From Negaprion brevirostris (lineage: Eukaryota), in assembly GCA_030324005.1 (NCBI GenBank), contig JARDVH010000025.1, forward strand, positions 50,130,495 to 50,194,494: a stretch of DNA of 64,000 bases, written 5' to 3'. Below are positions 53,314-64,000 of this stretch, one piece after another. Positions within the stretch are counted from its first letter, which is position 1; every line of letters starts with the position of its first letter. Position numbers and translations under genes: made by a program. The notes under the pieces were generated by a model, which searched no databases, was not told the DNA's origin, and was given only the letters and a program-made list of their open reading frames with translations.

Positions 53314-53580
53314 AGGGTGGCATGGTGGTACTGTGTTTAGCATTGCTTTGTCACAATGCCAGGGATCCGGGTTCAATTCTGGCTATTACCTGTGTTGAGT
53401 TTGCATGTTCTCCCCGTATCTGCGTGTGTTTCCTGTGGGTGCTCTGGTTTCCTCCTACAGTCTGAAGATGTGCTGGTTAGGTTAATTGGCCATATTAAAT
53501 TTCTCCTTACTGTTCGGGTGACTAGTAGGTTAAGAGGATAGGGCCTGGGTAGATTGTTATTGGTGCACACTTTATGGGCC
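53314..53580 (+). mobile_element. HE1-type SINE
   Basis: gggtggcatggtgg..gggttcaattct..gagtttgcatgttctcccc. Confidence 0.75.
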
Positions 53581-53582
53581 AA

Positions 53583-53880
53583 ATTTTTTTAAAAATTCAT
53601 TTGTGAGACATGGACGTTGCTGGCTAGGCAAGCATTTATTGCTCATCCCTAATTGCCCTTGAGAAGGTGGTGGTGAGCTGCCTTCTTGAAACACTGTAGT
53701 CCATGTGTTGTGGATTGACCCACAATGCCATTAGGGTGGGGATTTCAGGATTTTGACCCAGCAACAACAAAGGAATAGTAACATATTTTCAAGTCAGGAT
53801 GGTGAATGGCTTGGAGGGGACTTTATATTTGGTGTTCCTATGTATCTGTTGCCCTTGTTCTTCGCAATGGAAGTGGTCCA
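53583..53880 (-). mobile_element. CR1-like LINE 3' end
   Basis: gcatttattgctcatccctaattgcccttgagaaggtggtggtgagctgccttcttgaa. Confidence 0.8.
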
Positions 53881-54189
53881 GATGAAATGGCTCCTTCTAT
53901 ATTGCAGAGATTATATGATTCTAATCTAAAGACTCATCTATTTACTGAGTATTTTCTGGAAGATCTGTTGTTTGTCCAAAAAAGCACACTTTTTTGGGGC
54001 AATAGGATACCCTGCTGTGAATGCTGAGTTGTAAGCCAGCAGAATGAAGGTGTGATGAATGTTAATTCAGTAAGAGGAATCAGGAGGAAGTTTACTTCTG
54101 TCAAGTGAAATGCCTAGGTAAGTATATCCATTTTTGCACAGGTTGGGTATATCAAAACTGACAACCTCGTGTCCTGGACACTTTAAAAG

Positions 54190-54808
54190 GGTTGAGGGCT
54201 TCTTTTCGGTGTCCAGATCATCATCAACCTGTCCTGGTCTCCCCATGCCAACACTACAGTTAGGAAAGCCCACCAACTCCTCTACTTTCTTAGAAGAATA
54301 AGGAAATTTGGCATGTCAGCTACGACTCTCACCAACTTTTACAGATGCACCATAGAAAGCATTCTTTCNNNNNNNNNNNNNNNNNNNNNNNNNNNNNNNN
54401 NNNNNNNNNNNNNNNNNNNNNNNNNNNNNNNNNNNNNNNNNNNNNNNNNNNNNNNNNNNNNNNNNNNNNNNNNNNNNNNNNNNNNNNNNNNNNNNNNNNN
54501 NNNNNNNNNNNAGGATCCTCAGCACCCTGGACATTCTGTCTTCCACTTCCGCTGGGAAAAAGATACAAAAGCCTGAGGTCACGGACCAACCAACTCAAGA
54601 ACAGCTTCTTCCCTGCTGTTGTCAGACTTTTGAGTGGACTTACTTTGCATTAAGTTGATCTTTCTCTATACCCTAGCTATGACTGCAACGCTACACTCTG
54701 CACTCTCTCATTTCCTTCTCTATGAATGGTATGCTTTGTCTGTATAGCATGCAAGAAACAATATTTTTCACTGCATACTAATATGTATGATAGTAATAAA
54801 TCAAAAAA
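54190..54808 (+). mobile_element. Rex1/Babar LINE 3' fragment
   Basis: MSATTLTNFYRCTIESIL..KRYKSLRSRTNQLKNSFFPAVVRLL, near-identical to the 22230-22850 copy. Confidence 0.85.
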
Positions 54809-57800
54809 GTTCTTTCTCGAAAAGCACCTGGCATTATATGTATCGGTGTGATTGTTTTCTTTTCTGAGGAGTCAGAAATTCAATTTGAGATCATAGTATG
54901 TAGAAAATATCTTGATAGCCTCTGAAACTAAAGCTTTTTTACTTTAGAACAAAAGTTTACTTTTCAGTATTGCTCTTGTCCTTCCCCACTCCCTGTGGCG
55001 GGAACTGCCTCTCTTTTCACAGCTCCTCCAATGCACAGGCAGGAAGACGATGTGGGCAATGGAGTAAATTGGTTTCCCATTGGTGTCAAATGACAGTGGG
55101 AATGTGCGCTCCCTCCTGTCTAGCAGGTTGCCAGTCCCACTAGTGGACAGCATGTAACCAATTTGCATCCCATTAATGGAGGTGGGGAGGGCCATGTTTG
55201 AGTATGGTTGGGATAAGAGGTATGTGCAGGTGTAAACAGTCATGAGGGTGTGTGCAGGGGTTAACAGGTATGTGGGGGTGGGGGGTTGCAGGGGGGTGGT
55301 AAGGGTAAAGGGCTCCAGAGGGAGGAACCTATAGAGTCAATTGAGGAACCAAGAGGGCATTTTCAGAATACTGGTAACAGGATATCATGGTGATGATTAA
55401 AGGGTACAGTATAGGGTGACACTGTGGGAGCTAGACTGTTTGGCAGCTGAAGGAGCACTGGGGAGATGTGGAAGGAAAAATGGATCCTGGGGGTCAGCAG
55501 GATGAGGGGCATGTCTAAAATAATTGGCGTGGGCTCTTCAGGAAGGTAGGGGACTTTGACATTCACCTGCAAGGTACAAAGGGTGATGGGGGAGGGTTAA
55601 AGGATAACAATGTAGATGGTAAGTGTTACACCTGGTTAGAGGGGATGGGTAACAGGGGAAGGGATAAAGGTATTTGATTCAATGCTGAAAGTCACATTGC
55701 TGTTCCAAACAACTCAGAGCCTCATGGTCGAGATCGCAAGATGCTGAATGGGAGTTGGCTATTTGGGAGTTGCAGGTCATCTCAACTGTGCAAGAGAAGG
55801 AGAACCTCAGCCTGTAATATTTACAATGCTAAGGCATTGGGGCAGATGGATGTTTGAAGGGAAAAGGCTCGCTGGGTGAGGAAGGCTTTGGGAACATGGC
55901 TGGTAAGGGCCCTAGCAAACACCTTTGCCTTCTTCCAATGCATGGTTCCAGGGGACATAGACCCAGTCTGGGGTGTCCTTTAGGAAATGTGGAGGTGGAG
56001 ACGGGGGGATGGGAACAAGCTTAAGGACCTCAAAGCAAATCAGTCAAAGTAGAGCTCATTAAAGTTGACTATATTTACAAAAGAATTATAACTTTAATAA
56101 TCAAAGTACCTCCCTGCAATCACATGTGAAATCAAAACGTTTTAATTCTTTAATACCTGTCACTTGTTCCAGGTGCTCCACCGACATCTGCAGCGGGGGT
56201 GCAGACAAACTGCTGACCACTTTGTCTCGTTGCCTTGAGTGACCTTGGCATCCATCTCTGACATCTGGAGTGCCCTGGCTTACTTTGGTTTTCCTGCTGC
56301 TCACTCTATGGTCACAATGGACAAAGCTGAAGGGGTCACAGGCAAAGGGGTTCAAAAGGGCTGGATATCCTTAGAGCAACAGTCGCTCCTTCTCCCTTTG
56401 GGATCACAAGCAGCCCTCCCTGATTCTCCGAGGGGAAGGGGCACTTGGAAGGCGGTCAACTTCCCTCATCCCCTTCTTGCATGGCCATTGCAAAAGTTCA
56501 CCCATGGGTGCAGTGATGGCGTGCAGGTCTTCACACATTTCTGATAGAAACTGTTGCACCAGGTTTACCTTGGCTTCTGCCGTCTCCCCATGAGACTTCG
56601 TCAGAGAGCAGGCAGGCGGGCTCCTCTGCTTTATATGCCAGTCTGTTAAAGGTCTGCACCATCTCTGTCTGATGTTTCTCTCACGTCTTGCTGCCTCTCC
56701 AGCACCTCATGCAAGGCCAGAGTTAGGGACACAGGCGCACAGAGATTAATTTCAGCTGTGGAAAATGTTGATACTTATGAATTAATCTGTACTGTTTAAT
56801 GCAGGCCCGGTACATTTTAAGGTCAGGATGTTGTAATGTCAGATATGAAGGTTTTGAGCTGGTTGAATTGTCTCTGCAGCTGTGATGGCTTCTCCAGTCG
56901 AATTTCTTTTGCTTTAACAGGTGAGCTTTGTAGGTGGAATCAGGGAATAGAGATGGTTCCTGAGTTTTGTTCTACAGCTATGGCACGTTTAACTGCCTAA
57001 ATACTTTACAGCAAAGCAGTAGCTTTTAAAATGCCTTTCTCTGCCTCTTCCAAGGCTGAAGCCTTTTCAGGTTTGTTTTCTGTGGATCTGCGTTCTTCCT
57101 GCCCATTTCAATGCTTTTTGTAGGTGAGTCCATTATCATATGACCTGTGCAACAATGCCGAGTTTCTTTCCACAGGAGGCAAGTGGTAATTCCGTTGCAG
57201 TTATCCAAAGTCCTTAGCCCCCTGTAGTGAACAAAATGGTCAAGATTGCTCATATCTTGCAGAGACTTTATCAGTCTATCAAGCCAACGAGTTTCTGTTC
57301 ATTCCTGTGGNNNNNNNNNNTTCCTTTGGAACACTCATTGCATTTTAAATGTATATGTCTGAAGAATGCACCCTGGTCTCCTCGGGAGATATGAGAAAGA
57401 TGGTTGAAATCTGTCTGGTAGCCTGGATCCATTTTGAGAATGGGCTTTAAATTCAGCCCGAGGCTTCCTTTAAAAATGTGGCCGTCAGAATAATTTTTCT
57501 AAAGTTCGTAATATCGTAACTGTGCATTGTATTCTGGACTGAGGCAGTGCCGGATTTTGGATCTTGCTGGTTTTCGACTAAGAGTAAAAATTCATGCATG
57601 GCATCATGAAAATAGTCTGGTTTTTGGAAACCACTGAATTTCAGACACCGCTGGTTTTCAGAGTCAGATTTGACACAATTTACCTGCATTATTATAGATT
57701 TATAGCACATAACTAAACTGAGCTGCAACATCATCAGGGAAGTAGCACTCAAAACATACTGAAAATCTTCACCTCATTTTTTAATTGTGAAAAACTGGAC

Positions 57801-57895
57801 AGCAGTTTTTTTTGTGGGGTGGAGAAATAATTTACACCGTGGCATAGAAACATTGAGATATCTGCCCTGACCCAGCACTGCCATTAGGAACATAA

Positions 57896-58187
57896 GGGTG
57901 GCATGGTGGCACAGTGACCCAGGTTCAATTCTGCCTCGGGTCACTGTCTGATTAGAGTTTGCACGTTCTCCCTGTGTCTGCGTGGGTTTCCTCTGGGTGT
58001 TCCAGTTTGCTCCCACACTCCAAAGATGTGCAGGATAGGTGGATTAGCCATGTTAAATTGCCCTTTAGTGTCAGGGAGATTAGCCATGGTAAATATGTGG
58101 GGTTACAGAATAGGGCCTGGATGGGATCGTTGCCAGTGCAGGCTCGATGGGCTGAATGGTCTCTTTCTGCACGGTAGGGATTCTGTG
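57896..58187 (+). mobile_element. HE1-type SINE
   Basis: gggtggcatggtggcacagtg..gagtttgcacgttctccc..tagggattctgtga. Confidence 0.8.
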
Positions 58188-60010
58188 AAAATGCATGTTA
58201 TAATGGAATGCAATCACACAAGAAGCATACAGGCATGAATGTCATCTACTGTGCCTTGAGCTCGAGTCAGCAGTCCTGTCAACATGACGCCACTTTCTTC
58301 AATGTGCTGATCTTCATAACTACAGGAACAACCTTATCTGTGGCACAAGTTGCAGGAAAGGTACATCCCTTTTGAAATGGAGGTATAGAACACAACATCA
58401 TATACACACATGTGAATTCTTATTAGATAAGCCACTAAACTCTTGAACTTTATTGAAGAAGTCATGTCCCATGTGGAATCGTGTGTGTAATCTCTTCTGC
58501 TAAGCCCAAGTGGAAATGTCTTGGTTTGTCCATACATTTGCTGGAGTAAAAGTCAGTGCAGACATGATGCTGCAGGTATCTTTACGTGTGTACTTGATAT
58601 TCCAAGTATTGGAACCTCCAAGATAATTTGCTTGCTGCAATGTGAACAGTTTTGCATAATAGAAGTCTTAGAATGCAAAGAACAATAATCTTCACGGGAG
58701 CAGGAACGAGAAAATAGCATCAAGGTATCAATACTTTTAAAAGCAGGAGGACACTCGTGACCATTTGCAAGGACCTAATGAGTGTTTCAGATGACCATTC
58801 AGCGGAGTTGCTAACCTTGCACAGTTACTCTGCAGTTTTTGGAAATTAAAGATTTATTTTCTAGTTATTGCTGAAAAGAAAGCAGGAGAAGAATTCAGGC
58901 ATCTTTTATTTTCATTTTCTTTGTCATAAAAAGGTTGAAAATGGTGGGGTGGGGGGGGCAGTTTGACTGGGTAAGGTTGTTGGAGGGAGGTCAGAGTTGG
59001 TAGTCCAAGCTGCCTAAAAAATCTCTCGACTGAAAATAGTGTAAGACTTTGGCCTTTTGCCTGAGGGTTAAGATACAGATCTTATTCTAAAAGCCTCGTC
59101 AAGCATTTCTGATCTTTTAATTGTGTTTCATTCTTTGGTGATAGGTTTTCCTTTAGTTAAGATATTTAAGAATTATGATGTCAATAGCAAGACAAGCAGA
59201 CAACTATGTGAGATATTACTGGTGATGCAATTTTTTTTTGCATCTATGGAGTATGTCTCCAGGCTAAACAACCAGCTTTCAGCCCACTTGAGCCTTTCTC
59301 ACTGCCTACTTTATAACCTGCTGAGGCTCCAGGGTGTACTCCAATGTCTGAAGCATTGAGTTTCAAAACATCTAGATATGATTTAGAAACATCAGATGAC
59401 AGCAGAATTAAACAATATGTTGGAATGAAAAAAAACACCTTGTATACAGATGCGTTTTTCTGTTTAATTGTAATTTATTTCTGTAAGAAGCATTTATAAT
59501 ATCCCAAGGGGACGGTGAGACTCTGACAGAATGGGAGAGAGGACGAAGAGACAAAATTGTATTCTCTCAAAAAAATTCTTAAGTGCCGAAGTCGCTTAAA
59601 AGCTGGAGTAAATACTGCCGTTTTTTTTTCAGTGGGAATTTCAAAATGAATTTCCCACACTCTGTGCACTGCAGAGTGCACTAGCACAAATCTNNNNNNN
59701 NNNNNNNNNNNNNNNNNNNNNNNNNNNNNNNNNNNNNNNNNNNNNNNNNNNNNNNNNNNNNNNNNNNNNNNNNNNNNNNNNNNNNNNNNNNNNNNNNNNN
59801 NNNNNNNNNNNNNNNNNNNNNNNNNNNNNNNNNNNNNNNNNNNNNNNNNNNNNNNNNNNNNNNNNNNNNNNNNNNNNNNNNNNNNNNNNNNNNNNNNNNN
59901 NNNNNNNNNNNNNNNNNNNNNNNNNNNNNNNNNNNNNNNNNNNNNNNNNNNNNNNNNNNNNNNNNNNNNNNNNNNNNNNNNNNNNNNNNNNNNNNNNNNN
60001 NNNNNNNNNN

Positions 60011-60470
60011 CCCTCCCCACCCTGATGGCCAGCATCGAATGCTGGCCTCCCTTGCTGTACACCCTCTGTCACCGCCAAGCGCAGAGTGACTGCAGGATCC
60101 CCCGCCCCCATTGACTGTGCCCCAATAGGTCCCCCCATTAGGCCTCACCCCTTTGCCACTACCCAGTGAGCAATGGGAAGTTGCAAGGTGCCCCTGGGCA
60201 TTTGCACTTTGCCCCTGAGGCAGTGCCAGGGGGTCCAGGCTGGCACTGCCAATGTGCCAATGCCAAGGGACACACCCCCCTCCCCGGCACCAGACCCTCT
60301 GGAGGACCTCGGTACCCTCCCCCCCGCCTTTACTCCAGCGGGGCCGAGCCGTCAACTCTTCACAAGTGGGAAGCTGTTGTAAACCCCGCTGGTGTGAACC
60401 CTTCTAGCGGGGTGGGGGGGGGGTTTGGTGGTGAGAAGCCAGCAGGCCCGGAGTTTTCAGTCCTGAGCCT
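60011..60470. repeat. GC-rich dispersed element, related to 63480-64000
   Basis: Shared ggcagtgccagg / ggcactgcc motifs and C-runs. Confidence 0.45.
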
Positions 60471-60615
60471 ACTAATGCTATTTAAATTAGATTTTAAATA
60501 AATTATGCAGCTCTTGCTGATTTCTGGGGCAAAACTGACGGCACCAAAATCCGGCTCTCCAGAATCATCCCCACAGAGAGTGTGTGCAAGGGAAATATCA
60601 AACAGCAAACTCATT

Positions 60616-60741
60616 GGCCAGAATTTTTCCGCCCCGCTCACCACGGGAATCAGAGTAGGTGAGGGATGGACAATGGGAAAGTTCATTGACCTCAAGTGGG
60701 ATTTCACAGTTTTGGGATGAGCGAGGCCATAAAATCCCACC
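60616..60741. mobile_element. MITE related to 5600-5710
   Basis: Termini ggccagaattttt...aaaatcccacc. Internal ttgacctc..gtgggattt is shared with 5655-5673. Confidence 0.6.
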
Positions 60742-63224
60742 TGTTATCACAAATACCATCAGAAGAAAATAAAGAGGATTCAACTTCATTGAGGAGGTTG
60801 AAGCATATAAACCCTGAATCACTTAGCACTTACCATGATGACCATGAAACCATTGTCAATTGTTGGAAAACCCCATCTGGTTCACTAATGACCTTTAGGG
60901 AAGGAAATCTGCNNNNNNNNNNNNNNNNNNNNNNNNNNNNNNNNNNNNNNNNNNNNNNNNNNNNNNNNNNNNNNNNNNNNNNNNNNNNNNNNNNNNNNNN
61001 NNNNNNNNNNNNNNNNNNNNNNNNNNNNNNNNNNNNNNNNNNNNNNNNNNNNNNNNNNNNNNNNNNNNNNNNNNNNNNNNNNNNNNNNNNNNNNNNNNNN
61101 NNNNNNNNNNNNNNNNNNNNNNNNNNNNNNNNNNNNNNNNNNNNNNNNNNNNNNNNNNNNNNNNNNNNNNNNNNNNNNNNNNNNNNNNNNNNNNNNNNNN
61201 NNNNNNNNNNNNNNNNNNNNNNNNNNNNNNNNNNNNNNNNNNNNNNNNNNNGGTTCGGATTTGGAATGCTGTGTCTCGTGAGGTGGAAGGTGCAACTTAG
61301 CAGTAGCTTGCAAGAGAACAAAAATGCAGAGTTATGTGGTAAAGGAGGGAAGGTGGGATTAACTTGATTGCTCTTTGAACATGCTGATGTGGCATCAATG
61401 GGCCAAATAGTTTCCTTCTGTGTTTTAGTACTCTCTGATTGTACCACATTTAGGTAAGAAACTGGAGGGTTGGCAGCATCTGTGGAATCATAAAAGAAAA
61501 TTCCTTCAGCAGGGGAGGGAAAAACTACATAGAAAATTGGTAGAAAAATAAAATTGGGTCATAAGCTTTTGGGAAAAGGTTGTAGTTTGCAAGTGTGGAC
61601 TTTTCACTTGAGCATTTGTTTCAATATTATGGACCAATAATGCAGTCCTGCCAGAGTGGAATGGTGCTTGTGTCCTGAGAAGCTGATTTGCTTGATAAAG
61701 TGTGGTCAGGTCATTAATAGAATTTACTAGCATTACTCTGACAAAGTGGGACTGCATTGTGTTCTGGGAGGGAGGGCTAAATGGAATTTCTTCCCCTTCA
61801 ATATGCACACCTTTTTAGGATGCAAACATGATGAATGGGACAGAGCAGCTTTATAAAATAATTGAGATCTGGAGGGCATTTTTCAGGAGGTCATTCTGTG
61901 AAGGGTGATTCTAATTGGAGCTGGGTACAGACAGAGCATCATGGTTATTAGAGCCTGCAGCAGACTGATGTATGTTTCTAACCTTTCCTGCGCAGTTCAA
62001 CCAGCTGCACCATTGCTTTAAGCATTCTGAATATTAGTTCCCTGTTTTACCCTATCAGCCTGCTGTTGCCTGCTACCTATCAGCACATGAGGATTGCACA
62101 AAGGTGCCATTAATTAGTTATGCAACTTCTATATGAAGAGTTAATCCTTACACATACCTGTTCCTTCAAAGAGTCCTAGCAAGCTTGATTAACTCAGATT
62201 GCAAGCACTGGCCCAAAGCTTTCAAGCTCTGGGGCATTAGTCTGAGGGGTGTCTCAAAGATTCNNNNNNNNNNNNNNNNNNNNNNNNNNNNNNNNNNNNN
62301 NNNNNNNNNNNNNNNNNNNNNNNNNNNNNNNNNNNNNNNNNNNNNNNNNNNNNNNNNNNNNNNNNNNNNNNNNNNNNNNNNNNNNNNNNNNNNNNNNNNN
62401 NNNNNNNNNNNNNNNNNNNNNNNNNNNNNNNNNNNNNNNNNNNNNNNNNNNNNNNNNNNNNNNNNNNNNNNNNNNNNNNNNNNNNNNNNNNNNNNNNNNN
62501 NNNNNNNNNNNNNNNNNNNNNNNNNNNNNNNNNNNNNNNNNNNNNNNNNNNNNNNNNNNNNNNNNNNNNNNNNNNNNNNNNNNNNNNNNNNNNNNNNNNN
62601 NNNNNNNNNNNNNNNNNNNNNNNNNNNNNNNNNNNNNNNNNNNNNNNNNNNNNNNNNNNNNNNNNNNNNNNNNNNNNNNNNNNNNNNNNNNNNNNNNNNN
62701 NNNNNNNNNNNNNNNNNNNNNNNNNNNNNNNNNNNNNNNNNTCCATCCAGTCTGTGCATTAGCTTTGTAACTCTGAAGATGATAGAATTTTTGAAGTTGG
62801 ATTGTGTCGGAAGGTCAGACGAGAAAGAAATGATTTCATTTCCAGGCAAGTAACTAGGATAATAGGTATGAAACCTGCCACCAGAAAACAATGCATATTC
62901 CTTGGGAAATATACATAATGGCCCATGTCAGTCTGACTCAGATTATCACTCCGTGGAAGATTCGGGCCATTATGTGTGTTCCCCAGGAAAGATGCATTAT
63001 TTTCTGGTGGAGGTTGCCCAGTTACATGTTTTTGAATAAATAATGGATTTGCCACTTAAGATTTGTTATTGACGTGTTAGGATAATGATTGCTTGCAGTG
63101 TGTGATGCCCCATAGCATGCATAAGTGTACATGCACAAACAAAGCAAAGCGCCAAATATTTGCCCAGTGAAACGGTTGCTGAATACAGATTGTGATTATT
63201 TATTTAATTACAGTTTCTAGAACC

Positions 63225-63362
63225 TTGCTGTGTAAAAAGTGACTGCCACATTTCCTACATTACGAAAACGACTACATTTCAAAAGTATTTCATTGACTGT
63301 AGAGTGCTTTATGCTATGCTGAGGTTATGAAAGATGCTATAAAAATTCAAGCCTTTCTTTCT
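63225..63362 (+). mobile_element. Deu-SINE/L2-type 3' tail
   Basis: ctgccacatttcctacattac..caaaagtatttcattg..gaggttatgaaagatgctata..aagcctttctttcttt. Confidence 0.55.
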
Positions 63363-64000
63363 TTTACTACTATTACAGATATGTAGTAAGCTTCATAAAA
63401 AGTGAGTGGGCTTCAGCTTCACTATTAATGCAATCACACTTGAAGGTATTCCCGGGCCAGACAGCACACCTTAGTAATTGCACCCCTACCAAACTTGATT
63501 CACGTTATGCTGTTGCTCTTTGTTATAATCAGCTGGGGACCTGAGAGCACAGAGACCTGTCCCTCCAGCTTCTGCTTTTCTCAGCCTGCCTCCATGGCCT
63601 AAAGAAGGCATCCCCCTCACCCCACCATGGACCCCAGCTACTGCAGGGGCCTGCAGCCAATCATGACACCTGAGGCCGGACCAATCGACCCATGAACCCC
63701 CCCCCCCCCCCCACCCAACCAGACTGTTTTCCCCCCTTACTTTCCCCACCACAAGGTGCAGTTACTAAGGTCACAACTGCAGAGTGGCAGCGTGCCCTTC
63801 ACCACCGATTTGCAGCTGCAGTGGTTCCTCCCCAACACCACCAATCGACCCACCTTGGTCTGACTCTGCCCCCCTGTAGCCCAGCTCCTCCCCCTCAGGA
63901 CCCACTCCCTTAGTGCCCAGTAGGCAGTATCTGGGTACCTGGGCACTGCCATGGTGCCCAGTGGGCAGTGCCAGGCAGGGTCAAAACATTCCCTTACCCT

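Noticed and set aside
54518-54538. REST/NRSE-like motif tcagcaccctggacat
   Set aside because: It lies within Rex1 coding remnant and lacks the conserved GACAG..CC right half.
41581-62891. Long ORFs (165-284 aa) in the track
   Set aside because: Mostly X residues from assembly gaps, so they are artefacts.

Overview
Eukaryotic draft-assembly DNA with many N gaps. It is almost certainly from a cartilaginous fish (shark), judged by HE1-type and Deu-domain SINEs, CR1, RTE and Rex1 LINEs and Penelope-like hairpins. The one securely identified gene segment is coding exon 1 of the two-pore K+ channel KCNK3/TASK-1 (+ strand, ATG 34932, splice donor after 35214). It sits in a CpG island with a c-fos-type CArG box and candidate uORFs. 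The remaining ~28.8 kb is its repeat-rich first intron, and exon 2 is not visible. The upstream 34 kb is mostly decayed transposons, plus a few short splice-flanked segments that may be the last exons of an unidentified upstream gene. The most unusual object is a ~294-bp poly(A)-tailed retroposon with a 17-bp target-site duplication (TSD) and two U2 snRNA-derived segments (4997-5290), nested in a Gypsy fossil. It is a candidate U2-derived SINE. Repeat family names come from motif recognition by eye, and repeat boundaries are approximate.
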